From an uncultured Bacillota bacterium (GTDB lineage: Bacteria; Bacillota_I; Bacilli_A; RFN20; CAG-826), in assembly GCA_937876465.1 (NCBI GenBank), contig CALEHV010000043.1:3198-67197 (forward strand): DNA of 64,000 nucleotides, given 5' to 3'. This document shows, in pieces, positions 9,917 to 19,870 of the stretch. The translations under genes and the position numbers were made by a program. The notes beneath the pieces are model-generated. The model searched no databases, had not been told where the DNA came from, and saw only the letters and a program-made list of their open reading frames with translations. How positions within the stretch are numbered: the first letter of the stretch is position 1; every line of letters starts with the position of its first letter.

Positions 9917-12900
9917 ATGAAGAAAAAATTACTTTCATTAATCGCGTGTGTAGGCGTTGGCGCAGGACTTGTAGTTACCTCAATTAACTATAAACCAGTA
10001 TTTGAACCTAACGACCCTTCTTTAGGTTTTGAAGAAGAAAAAGTCGTTGATTACAATTCGCCATATAAAGTAGTGAAGGCTGATGATGCCCCTGCTTTTG
10101 TTTGTCCAACTAAAATAGTTCTTCATTATCATAATGATGATGGAAATTGCTTAAATAGACGTTTCTATACTTGGGTTACCGGTGTAGACGGTATTGAAAG
10201 AAAAGCTGACACAGAAGACTGGACAGCAACTGATATGAAGTTAACCCTTTATTTAAATAGACCTGGTGAAACTTCATATGATTATAGAGATATGCCTTCC
10301 CTCTTCTTCATTATGAAGGTAGCAGGAACTTGGGCAGGTCAATCAGAAGATATTGAACTTAAATACGAAATGTTCCCACCTGATGAAAATGGAACACTTG
10401 AAGTATGGACCATTCCTGGAGAAGGTAGTTCAGTAGAAATTTATAAAACAGAAGCAGAAACTAAATTCCCAAAGATTAAGACTGCAAAGTTTACAAACTG
10501 GAAAACAATCCATTGCGAAGCTGATGAAAAACCAACATATTATAAGCTTTATGCTTTTGATAAGAACTATTTGAAAGGTACAACCGATGAACAAGTAGCA
10601 AATAAACAATTCCACTTGTTCAAACAAGGTACACCAAATAGTAATGAATTTGATATTTCATTCAACTATACCGCAAAGATTAATGTCCAATATGTTATTG
10701 AATCTGAATATAGTTCAAATCCTGGTCGTATTCAAAGAATCGTTGTTAGCAGCGAGAATTTATACGAAACAGAAAGATTTGAACAATATTACACATATAG
10801 TGGAAACGATTTAGGTGTTACTTATACTGATTCGTTAGTTAAGTTTAAACTTTGGAGTCCTATATCTGCTTTCGTTACAGTTAATATTTACAATACAGGC
10901 ACACCAAAATCTTTAGGTGGCGATGACGCTTGTAGAAGATATGAAATGAACTACACCAAAGGTGGTGTTTGGGAAATTGGTATTTCAAGTGATGAATTAT
11001 CACTTAAAGGTAAATACTATACATATTCTTTAACTCATTCTTCTGGTAGCGTTGAATCCATGGATCCATATGCTAAAGCATGTGGAATCAACGGATTACG
11101 TGGATTTATCTATGATAAAGATGCACCTGAAGCAAATCCAGAAGGATGGAACACAGTTCCTTCTAAATGGGATGGAGTTAGTGGATATGATATTCAAAGT
11201 CCACAAGATTTATCCATCTATGAAGCACATATCCGTGATTTCACAATGGATGAGACTTGGGTTTCAAAACAAAATAACAAACGTGGAACATATAAAGCAT
11301 TCTCTGAAAAAGGCACTACCTATTCAAAAAATGGCAAAACAGTTAAAACAGGTTATGACCATATTAACGAATTAGGTGTTAAGGCAGTTCAACTTGTTCC
11401 TGTTTTTGATAACGACAACGATGAACGTCCAGAAAAAATCAAATTTAACTGGGGTTATAACCCACTCAACTATAACTGTGTTGAAGGTGGATATTCCTCA
11501 GACCCATACAATCCTTTAGCAAGAATTGTAGAATACAAAGATTTAATTAAATCTTATTCCGAAAATGATGCACATACACGTATCATTATGGACGTTGTCT
11601 ATAACCACGTTTCTAGTGCATCAAGCTCATGCTTTACTAAAGTAATGCCAAAGTATTACTTCCGTTATGATGAAAAATGGAATTACTATGATGGCTCAGG
11701 CTGTAGCAATGAATGTAAAACAGATGCAACAATGATGTCAAAGTACATCGTAGATTCTCTTTGCTGGTGGGCAAGCGAATATAAGATTAAAGGTTTTAGA
11801 TTTGACCTTATGGGTCTTATTGATAGCTGGACTCTTCGTAAAGCAAAAGAAGAATTATACAAAATTGATCCAGATATTTATATATATGGTGAAGGCTGGA
11901 CTAGTGGTGGATACCACGGAAAAATTGAAAAGAGTGGAGACACACTTATCAATGGCGGTAGTGAAACTGCATTAGTCTATCAACAACTTTATGATAGTTC
12001 GACTTCAAGAGGCTATGTCGGTGCATTTAATGATGCAGGACGTAACGCTTTAAAAGGTAGCAATGATGATGGATACAATCAAAATCCATATCCACAATGG
12101 GGCTTTATCTCTCAAGTAGATGATGTTGGAGGTAAATCTTCAATTGTCGCTGATATGATGAAAGGCATTCATACAGGCAAAGGCGCAAATCCAAAGCAAA
12201 CTGTTAACTATGCATCATGTCATGATAACTACACATTGTGGGATCAACTTAACTATACACATGCTTCTTCATATACAGATAAGCATGTTCCTGTTGGAAG
12301 ACCAGCAGTCACAGATATGGTAGCTGCATCACTTGCATGTCATGGTGTTGTCATGTCATCAAATGGTGTTGCATTCATCCAAGGTGGTGAAGAGCTTTAC
12401 CGTACAAAGATGTATGGCGATGCTGAATTAGCAGAACTCATGGAGAAAGGAACAGTTCGTCCATTCCCAGATTATGTTCACTATTCAGAAGATCCTGAAG
12501 TCGAATCGGCTACAAGTGATGTTCGTTGGTTTGATAATAAAGTTATTACCCATAACTCATATAAGGCTAGCGATGCAGTTAACTCCTTTAAATGGGATCG
12601 TAAGATTGAAGTCGATGGAGTTGATGTTTCTAGCTATAACGAAATCTGGGCTAAAACAATTAAGATTCATAGTCAAACTGCAAAATATGAATATCCAGAC
12701 AACTTAGATACTCCAAAATTAAATACTTGGAATGTCTTTGATGGTTCAACAACATTTGGTATGTGGAATGGAAATACAGAGGGAACAAGCGGTTACTACT
12801 TTGTAGTAAGCAATCGTAAGAGTTCTTCTTCTTTAGGCATCGGATTAGATGGTGCAAATTTGTTATTTGCATCACGTAATGACTATTCATATTCAGGTGG

Positions 12901-12949
12901 CAATTTAAATATGAAGCCATTTACTTTCGTGTGCTACAAGAAAGGTTAA
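9917..12949 (+). CDS. pulA: Type I pullulanase (GH13), membrane- or lipid-anchored
   Basis: Preferred start is ATG 9917 (MKKKLLSLIAC) behind GAAAGGGG. Motifs FNWGYNP, VVYNHV, GFRFDLMG, YGEGW, ASCHDN. Confidence 0.9.
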   Translation: MKKKLLSLIACVGVGAGLVVTSINYKPVFEPNDPSLGFEEEKVVDYNSPYKVVKADDAPAFVCPTKIVLHYHNDDGNCLNRRFYTWVTGVDGIERKADTEDWTATDMKLTLYLNRPGETSYDYRDMPSLFFIMKVAGTWAGQSEDIELKYEMFPPDENGTLEVWTIPGEGSSVEIYKTEAETKFPKIKTAKFTNWKTIHCEADEKPTYYKLYAFDKNYLKGTTDEQVANKQFHLFKQGTPNSNEFDISFNYTAKINVQYVIESEYSSNPGRIQRIVVSSENLYETERFEQYYTYSGNDLGVTYTDSLVKFKLWSPISAFVTVNIYNTGTPKSLGGDDACRRYEMNYTKGGVWEIGISSDELSLKGKYYTYSLTHSSGSVESMDPYAKACGINGLRGFIYDKDAPEANPEGWNTVPSKWDGVSGYDIQSPQDLSIYEAHIRDFTMDETWVSKQNNKRGTYKAFSEKGTTYSKNGKTVKTGYDHINELGVKAVQLVPVFDNDNDERPEKIKFNWGYNPLNYNCVEGGYSSDPYNPLARIVEYKDLIKSYSENDAHTRIIMDVVYNHVSSASSSCFTKVMPKYYFRYDEKWNYYDGSGCSNECKTDATMMSKYIVDSLCWWASEYKIKGFRFDLMGLIDSWTLRKAKEELYKIDPDIYIYGEGWTSGGYHGKIEKSGDTLINGGSETALVYQQLYDSSTSRGYVGAFNDAGRNALKGSNDDGYNQNPYPQWGFISQVDDVGGKSSIVADMMKGIHTGKGANPKQTVNYASCHDNYTLWDQLNYTHASSYTDKHVPVGRPAVTDMVAASLACHGVVMSSNGVAFIQGGEELYRTKMYGDAELAELMEKGTVRPFPDYVHYSEDPEVESATSDVRWFDNKVITHNSYKASDAVNSFKWDRKIEVDGVDVSSYNEIWAKTIKIHSQTAKYEYPDNLDTPKLNTWNVFDGSTTFGMWNGNTEGTSGYYFVVSNRKSSSSLGIGLDGANLLFASRNDYSYSGGNLNMKPFTFVCYKKG

Positions 12950-12966
12950 TAAGGAGGTAAAACAAA

Positions 12967-14115
12967 ATGAAAAATAAAATTAAATTATTATTTACTCTTA
13001 TTGCATTATCAGTTACTTCCTTAGCTTCATGTAACAATAATCCAGTAAAAGAAGACACAGATACTTATGTAACTGATGTTTCTTTAAACGTTAATTCAAT
13101 TACGTTAGAAAAAGGTCAATACGCTAACCTTCAAGCAATAGTTTATACAGTGGAAGGACACACCTTTGATGGACAAATCCAATGGATTTCTTCAAATAAG
13201 AGTGTTGCCACTGTTAATGAAAGTGGCTTAGTAGTCGCTATTGGAGAAGGTAGAAGCTATGTATCTGCAATTGCAGGATATAGAGCTTCAACTTGTGTTG
13301 TTAATGTTATTGATCCAAATGCTCCTATTGGCGATTCTTATATCATTTCTGAAAACTCAGTAACAATTCGTCCAGGAACAACAAAACAACTTTACACAAC
13401 ATTTAATGGAGAAAGCGTTTCTTCAGAATGGTCAACAAATAATGCTTCTGTTGCTACAGTTAACGAAACAGGTTTAGTTACTGCAATTCAAGCTGGTAAA
13501 GCAACAATTAAAGCAACATACGAAAACGCAATTGTCGAATGTAATGTTACTGTAAGCAATGACGCTCCAGAACAATTTACCATTTCAATTTCTCCAACAA
13601 AATTAAATATCTTAAAAGGTGCGACTGCACAACTTAATGCTACAACATCTAAACCAGCAGATATTACTTGGTCCAGTGAAAACGAAAACATTATCACTGT
13701 CGATAATACAGGTTTAGTTACTGCTCTTGCAGTAGGCAGCACATATGCAGTTGCAACTGCAAATGACAAAGTTGCTAAATGCTTTGTTGAAGTTAGCGAA
13801 GGCGAAGATGAAGACAAAGATGTTACAGTTTATTTCTTCCTCGACTACAACAATGTTGATGATGAAGATACAACAGGAACAAAACTTGTCGCTAAATTCA
13901 AATGGTATCAAAACGTACCACTTAAAGAAGCACCTATTCCTGCTAACCCAACTCAAAGTGCTGATCCAGCATTCCCATACTTTGTAGGCTGGTCAGCTCA
14001 TACAATCATTGATTCAAAAGCAGATCTTTGGGATATGGAAAAAGATGTAGTTTCTGGTTCATATCACTTAAATCTTTATGGTATTTGGTCAGATACGGAG
14101 GACTTTTCAAAATGA
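12967..14115 (+). CDS. Lipoprotein with three Big_2-like repeats and a C-terminal Listeria/Bacteroides-type repeat
   Basis: SD AAGGAGG. Lipobox LASC. Repeated V(A/S)TVNE(S/T)GLVTA(I/L) segments. C-terminal FVGW ... LYGIW motif. Confidence 0.7.
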   Translation: MKNKIKLLFTLIALSVTSLASCNNNPVKEDTDTYVTDVSLNVNSITLEKGQYANLQAIVYTVEGHTFDGQIQWISSNKSVATVNESGLVVAIGEGRSYVSAIAGYRASTCVVNVIDPNAPIGDSYIISENSVTIRPGTTKQLYTTFNGESVSSEWSTNNASVATVNETGLVTAIQAGKATIKATYENAIVECNVTVSNDAPEQFTISISPTKLNILKGATAQLNATTSKPADITWSSENENIITVDNTGLVTALAVGSTYAVATANDKVAKCFVEVSEGEDEDKDVTVYFFLDYNNVDDEDTTGTKLVAKFKWYQNVPLKEAPIPANPTQSADPAFPYFVGWSAHTIIDSKADLWDMEKDVVSGSYHLNLYGIWSDTEDFSK

Positions 14116-17018
14116 GAAAATTTAAAGCACTAATTCCTCTATTACTTGCAACTGCATTACTTGCAGGTTGTGCAGACAAAGGACTTCCTAAACCAAGTGG
14201 TGATGGATCAATTACAAGTCCATGGGTTGATTTTAACATCCCTATGACTGAATTAAATTTTGATGAAGAAGAAATGTCTTTATCTATTTATAAAGGCGAG
14301 ACACATCAATATGAATATTCATATTTGCCATTAAATGCGACTATTTCGCAACTTAAATGGGAAAGTGATGATGAAAGTGTTGCTTCAATTTCTGAGAGCG
14401 GATTATTAACCGCTAATAAAGGAGGCCATGCAACAATTACTGTTTCTTCCAAAGCAGATGTTCCATGGCAACCAAAGAAACTTGATGTTGATGTTTTAAT
14501 TGCATTAGAAAGTTTTGAATTTGATGAAACTGATTTACATCTTGATTACAACGAAACCTATGAATTAGCTCCAACATTCTATCCTGAAGATGCAAGTGAT
14601 AAGACATTGAATTACACATCTAGTGATTCTTCTATTGCTACAGTTATAAACGGAAATGTTACTGCAAAAGCAAATACAGGTGAATGTGTTATTACAGTTA
14701 CAAGTAATCAACTCTTAGGTTTCTCAAGAGAAATCAATGTTTCTGTCAGTGATAAAACAATTCACGTTGATTCTGTTGAAGTTGAATTACCTGAAGATAC
14801 TTTAGAAGTCGGTAAACAAATGACTGCAGAAGCTAGTGTTACTCCAAGTGATGCAAAAGAATATTTAGAACATGGTGTTTTATTTGAAACAACAACACCT
14901 GATTTAGTAGACATTGATGGAGAAACTGGTGTAATTACTGCAAAAGAGCCAGGAACTGCAAAGATTATTGCTTCTTGTGAAGGAGTTGATTCTGAAGAAG
15001 CAGAATTGGAAATCTTTGAAATTGTTCCTGATTCACTTGCCCTTACAAATAGTCAAGGAAGTGTGATATCTTCTACAACCATCAACATGTCAAACGATGA
15101 AGGTGAAGATACATATCAACTTTCTTATAAATATTTAGATGACGAATCAACTGAAGTTATTCCAAGCAGAACAAGCTTAGAATACCAAGTTCTTAATAAT
15201 GAAGTTTTAACTGTTTCTGAAAATGGATTACTTACAATTAAGAACAGCGGTGAAACTGATGTTGTTTTAAGAGATAATCTTCATGAAATTGGAACATCAG
15301 TTCATGTTGTTGTCACAATTAATGCTGTTTCAGTTACACTTCAAACTGAAGGAACAACTTTAGGTATTGGAAAAACAATGACCTTAAGAAGTTCAATCAC
15401 TCCATCAAACGTAACCGATGGAAGTGTTACATATTCAATTGATTCAACTAACTATGCAACATTAACTCAAGAAGCGGGTAGTTCTACTGCTGTTTTAACA
15501 GGTGTTGCTAAAGGTAATGTTGAAGTTACTGTTACAACAAGTAATGGTATTGAAGATTCCAAGATTATTTCAGTAGAGAAAATTCCTGGAAAATTTAAAG
15601 AAGGTACCCCATATATTGTTGGTAGTGCTGATTTTTCAAGCGGAACTTCAACTGGAAGTGACGCAAGCTGGGATGATGCAGACTTAGCATATGAAATTAA
15701 AGATGATATTGTTGACCCATTATATACAGTTCAAAAACTTGCTAAGGTTACATTTAGAGCAAATGACCAATGGAAAGTTAGACTTGGATCAACATATTTA
15801 GAGAATTCACAATACGAAAGAACCGAAGGCAATGCATTTGATGCAGGATATATGGCTTTCGATAGTGAAACCACAAACGTTAAAGTCTTAGAAGCCGGTC
15901 GCTATGATATCTATTACAAGATTTATGCCGATACAGGTTATGAAGCAGTTTATATTAAGAAATCTGCTCCATTATCAATTGATAAGACATTAATTTATCT
16001 AACCCCATCTGATACAGAAGCAATTAATGTATCAAATGTTGCTGGAACATTAAGTGCAGTAAGTGATGATACGGGTGTTGCTACAGTTGCGCTTAACGAT
16101 AATGTAATTACTGTTACTGCAGTTGCAGAAGGTGACGCAACAGTTACTGTTAGCGATGATTTATATTCATTAACATGTGCTGTTTCAGTTAGTGCAACAC
16201 CAGTTACAACACACAACGTAACTTATTACTTACCAGATTCTGGTGATTCATCTCAAACAACCTTTGTTAGCGATATTATTCCAGTTGCTGAAAATAGTAA
16301 CTTATATGATGCTTTACAAAGTGTTACAGACGATATATTAGGATTTGAATTTGATAGTTGGTATGAATCTGCAAGTCACTTCAGAACTGATGATACTGAT
16401 AATGATCAAATTAGTGATGATGTTACAGTAACAAGTGATTTAACTATTTACGCAAAATACGTTAAAAACAATAGCCTTTACTATTACAATCAAACAGAAA
16501 GTAAAGATTATTACGTTGAAAAATCGTATGCAGAATACGGCATTGACGCTCCAAACGTTTATATTGGAACACATATATATTCTGTAGGAGGCGTTGAAGG
16601 TACTGAAGTTTCTTTAGGAACATCTTCCGGTGTATACAAACTTACTCAAACACAAAATTCTTGGGAAATTTTAAGAAAAGTTTCCTTTAGCGTATTAGAC
16701 GTCAGTGAATGGTGGTATTCAAATTCTGCGCACACTCATATTTATTATGAAAACACATCATCTGTTGGTAATTTCTTAACGAACATATCTTTTGTTGATA
16801 ATACTTATACAGGATTCTTCCCTCTTGACGTTAACAAGTTTGTTGTCTGTAGATCCCCTTCAGATTCAACTGATTGGAACGTCTTCTGGAATCAAACTTT
16901 TGATGCATATTTGGATCAACAAAGTGTTGGTGAATATAGTTATTCAAAAGACCACAATACCTTATACGTTCAAAATAATCCATCTGAAGGAAAGAAAAAG
17001 AATTACACGTGGTATTAA
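14112..17018 (+). CDS. Large surface lipoprotein with multiple Big_2-like repeats
   Basis: Preferred start is ATG 14112 (MRKFKALIPLLLATALLAGC, lipobox LAGC), which overlaps the upstream stop as ATGA. Repeated Ig-like segments are present throughout. Confidence 0.7.
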   Translation: MRKFKALIPLLLATALLAGCADKGLPKPSGDGSITSPWVDFNIPMTELNFDEEEMSLSIYKGETHQYEYSYLPLNATISQLKWESDDESVASISESGLLTANKGGHATITVSSKADVPWQPKKLDVDVLIALESFEFDETDLHLDYNETYELAPTFYPEDASDKTLNYTSSDSSIATVINGNVTAKANTGECVITVTSNQLLGFSREINVSVSDKTIHVDSVEVELPEDTLEVGKQMTAEASVTPSDAKEYLEHGVLFETTTPDLVDIDGETGVITAKEPGTAKIIASCEGVDSEEAELEIFEIVPDSLALTNSQGSVISSTTINMSNDEGEDTYQLSYKYLDDESTEVIPSRTSLEYQVLNNEVLTVSENGLLTIKNSGETDVVLRDNLHEIGTSVHVVVTINAVSVTLQTEGTTLGIGKTMTLRSSITPSNVTDGSVTYSIDSTNYATLTQEAGSSTAVLTGVAKGNVEVTVTTSNGIEDSKIISVEKIPGKFKEGTPYIVGSADFSSGTSTGSDASWDDADLAYEIKDDIVDPLYTVQKLAKVTFRANDQWKVRLGSTYLENSQYERTEGNAFDAGYMAFDSETTNVKVLEAGRYDIYYKIYADTGYEAVYIKKSAPLSIDKTLIYLTPSDTEAINVSNVAGTLSAVSDDTGVATVALNDNVITVTAVAEGDATVTVSDDLYSLTCAVSVSATPVTTHNVTYYLPDSGDSSQTTFVSDIIPVAENSNLYDALQSVTDDILGFEFDSWYESASHFRTDDTDNDQISDDVTVTSDLTIYAKYVKNNSLYYYNQTESKDYYVEKSYAEYGIDAPNVYIGTHIYSVGGVEGTEVSLGTSSGVYKLTQTQNSWEILRKVSFSVLDVSEWWYSNSAHTHIYYENTSSVGNFLTNISFVDNTYTGFFPLDVNKFVVCRSPSDSTDWNVFWNQTFDAYLDQQSVGEYSYSKDHNTLYVQNNPSEGKKKNYTWY

Positions 17019-17044
17019 TTTGAGTTAAAATTTTGAGGTTGATT

Positions 17045-18460
17045 ATGCAAAAACATGGTGTTTTATTAGCCATATCTTCTTTGCCTGGAAAATATGGTGT
17101 TGGAGACTTCTCTGATGAAGCTTTTAAATTCATTAATATTCTAAAAAGAAATAAGGTCGATTTATGGCAAATTTTGCCATTAAATCCAATTGGTTATGGA
17201 CATAGTCCATATCAACCTTTTTCTTCATATGCATTTGATGAAATTTATATTTCATTAGAAGACCTTAGAAAAAGAGGTTGGATTGGCAAAGTTAAACATG
17301 TTAGAGCACGTTCAAAATCTAACTATGAACTTGCAAGAAAAATAAAAGAAGAAGCAATCTGGAAAGCTTTTGAATGTTTTAAACAATCTTCTAGAAATAT
17401 GAAGAAACTTCAGAAGTTTATTGAAGACAATCCATACATTGATGAATACTCTACTTTTATTACTTTAAAAGAGTTTAATGACGGTTTTTCTTGGAATGAA
17501 TGGAAAGTATTTGAAAATGATAGACCAGATGACTTTAAATACAACAAAGCAAAACATGCTTTTGTTCAAATGATTCTTTTTGACCAATGGAACAAAATCA
17601 AAAAATACGCTAATAAGCGTAACATTGAAATTATTGGCGATGTTCCATTCTATGTTGGATATGATTCAAGTGATGTTTATTTCCATAGAGAATCATTCAT
17701 GTTAGATCAAGAAAATAAACCATCATGTATTGCTGGTGTACCTCCTGATTATTTCTCAAAAGATGGTCAAAGATGGGGTAATCCAATTTGGAATTGGGAT
17801 TATTTATATAACAATGATTTTAAGGCAATGATGGATAGACTTTATTTTGCATCTAAATTCTACGATATTATTCGTTTAGACCACTTTAGAGCTTTTGATT
17901 CTTATTGGGCTATTAATCCTTCTTGTCCAACAGCGGTGGACGGTGAATGGAGATACCCAGATGGATATAGATTCTTCTCTCGTTTATTTGAAAAATATCC
18001 AGACATTAACTTAATTGTTGAAGACCTTGGAGACTTAAGACCAGAGGTTTTAACTCTAAGAGATCATTTCAATTTAGCTGGAATGAGGGAAATTGAATTC
18101 ACAATTTTTGATGACGAAGTTAACGGCAAGCATTTAGAACTTGAGAACCAAGTTTATTACACATCAACACACGATAACGAAACATTATTGCAATGGATTG
18201 CTAATCTCTCTAAAAAGGATAGAAAAGCGTTATCTTTAAGCATGGATAAACTTGGAATTAAAGGTAAGAATTTAACTGAGAAATTAGTGAAATATTCTTT
18301 TCTAAGAAAAGAACGTATCTCAATTGCATCGGTTTCTGATATCTTAAATTTAAACAAAAAATATCGTATGAATATTCCGGGAGAAGTTAACGACGAGAAC
18401 TGGACATTTAAACTTAATAATTTCAAAAAAATAGGCAATGAATTAAGGAAATATTTTTAA
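17045..18460 (+). CDS. malQ: 4-alpha-glucanotransferase (amylomaltase, GH77)
   Basis: GAGGT lies 5 nt before ATG 17045. Motifs GVLLAISSLPGKYGVGDF, IGDVPFYV, RLDHFRAF. Confidence 0.9.
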   Translation: MQKHGVLLAISSLPGKYGVGDFSDEAFKFINILKRNKVDLWQILPLNPIGYGHSPYQPFSSYAFDEIYISLEDLRKRGWIGKVKHVRARSKSNYELARKIKEEAIWKAFECFKQSSRNMKKLQKFIEDNPYIDEYSTFITLKEFNDGFSWNEWKVFENDRPDDFKYNKAKHAFVQMILFDQWNKIKKYANKRNIEIIGDVPFYVGYDSSDVYFHRESFMLDQENKPSCIAGVPPDYFSKDGQRWGNPIWNWDYLYNNDFKAMMDRLYFASKFYDIIRLDHFRAFDSYWAINPSCPTAVDGEWRYPDGYRFFSRLFEKYPDINLIVEDLGDLRPEVLTLRDHFNLAGMREIEFTIFDDEVNGKHLELENQVYYTSTHDNETLLQWIANLSKKDRKALSLSMDKLGIKGKNLTEKLVKYSFLRKERISIASVSDILNLNKKYRMNIPGEVNDENWTFKLNNFKKIGNELRKYF

Positions 18461-18582
18461 ATTTCTTTTCTTAAGCCCATATTTTTTTGAATACTTATCA
18501 AAAATTTGCATCTACTTTTTTGAAATGCTTATTTATATAAGTAGATTTTTTTTAAAAACTACTTTAGAATAAATAAAATTGT

Positions 18583-19020
18583 ATGAGAGTGAAAACGGAA
18601 ACTAAAAAATACAAAATTGGTTATACATCAGGTGTATATGATTTATTTCATATTGGACACCTTAATATTTTGAAAAATGCAAAAAAGTATTGCGATTATT
18701 TAATAGTTGCAGTGAGCACAGATGAACTTGTAGAAAAGGCTAAAGGAAAGAAACCTTGGATTCCGTTTGAAGAGAGAGTAGAAATTTTAAAGTCAATTCG
18801 ATATGTGGACAAAGTAATTCCTCAATATGATTATAATGATAAACTAACACCTGCCTTAGAAAATAAAGTAGATGTGATGTTTGTAGGAAGCGATTGGAAA
18901 GGAACTGAAAAATGGAACAAGATAGAGGCAGATTTGAATATGCACTCTATCGATTTAATTTATTTGCCTCACACCAATGGCACATCATCTACTATTTTAA
19001 AAGAAAAAATTGGAAAATAA
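18583..19020 (+). CDS. tagD: Glycerol-3-phosphate cytidylyltransferase
   Basis: 145 aa. HxGH motif YDLFHIGHLNIL, RYVD motif and typical length. Confidence 0.85.
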   Translation: MRVKTETKKYKIGYTSGVYDLFHIGHLNILKNAKKYCDYLIVAVSTDELVEKAKGKKPWIPFEERVEILKSIRYVDKVIPQYDYNDKLTPALENKVDVMFVGSDWKGTEKWNKIEADLNMHSIDLIYLPHTNGTSSTILKEKIGK

Positions 19021-19024
19021 TTTT

Positions 19025-19870
19025 ATGAGAATTCGCAATTTGATTGAACTATCAGAAAAAGAAAGAAACGAGTTGAAACAAGTACAATTAGATTTGCTTG
19101 TCGAATTTTCAAATTTTTGCAATGCTAATTCATTAACTTTTTATTTATTTGGTGGGACATTGCTTGGTGCAGTTCGACATCAAGGTTTTATTCCTTGGGA
19201 TGACGATATCGATGTCTGCATGCCGCGTTCTGATTACGATAAGTTTTGTGAAATTTACAAAGAAAATGAAAATTTTTTTCTTCAAAATACTAAAACAGAT
19301 AAAAAATATTTTTATCATTTTTCAAAACTGACAAAAAAAGACACTACCTACAATGAATATCTAACGCAAAGAATAGGCCATATTAAAAATGTTTTTATTG
19401 ACATTTTTCCTATTAATTGTGTGCCAACAAAAAGGTCCTTCTCATATCTCCATTATAATTTTTGGGTTTTTATATTAAATAAAAAGTCATATCCAATTTC
19501 TTTAACTCCATTGAAGAAAAAAAAGCAAACATTTACTTACAAATTAATGACAATAGTATCTTGGATTCTACTTTGGTGGTGTTCTTATCATTTTGCATCT
19601 ATTTTAAGAGATCGTTTTATGAAAAAACACCAATATGCAAATAGCGGATTATGTATTGTAGGAACTAGACTTAAAAAATATTATCCTACTTCTTGTTTTG
19701 AAGGTGAAACTCTTGTAAAATTTGAAAACCTTTATATGCCTGCACCATTAAATTACAGGGAATATTTAAAAATAATGTATGGCGATTATTTATCTTTGCC
19801 ACCTTTGGAAGAAAGAATTGCACACCATTATTTAGTAGAGTTTAAGGGAACAAAGAATGAGACTAGATAA
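19025..19870 (+). CDS. licD: LicD-family phosphotransferase (phosphocholine/polyol-phosphate transfer)
   Basis: Motif FGGTLLGAVRHQGFIPWDDDIDVCMPRSDY. ATG 19025 is preferred over the TTG at 19010. Confidence 0.8.
   Translation: MRIRNLIELSEKERNELKQVQLDLLVEFSNFCNANSLTFYLFGGTLLGAVRHQGFIPWDDDIDVCMPRSDYDKFCEIYKENENFFLQNTKTDKKYFYHFSKLTKKDTTYNEYLTQRIGHIKNVFIDIFPINCVPTKRSFSYLHYNFWVFILNKKSYPISLTPLKKKKQTFTYKLMTIVSWILLWWCSYHFASILRDRFMKKHQYANSGLCIVGTRLKKYYPTSCFEGETLVKFENLYMPAPLNYREYLKIMYGDYLSLPPLEERIAHHYLVEFKGTKNETR

Noticed and set aside
207-18438. Many 60-110-aa ORFs on the opposite strand or in alternative frames inside the carbohydrate operon, for example 207-470, 2392-2595, 2830-3096, 3109-3435, 6374-6571, 10430-10627, 13488-13956, 15995-16216 and 18157-18438.
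   Set aside because: All lie entirely within long, motif-supported genes. They lack SD sequences and have low-complexity composition typical of shadow ORFs in AT-rich DNA.
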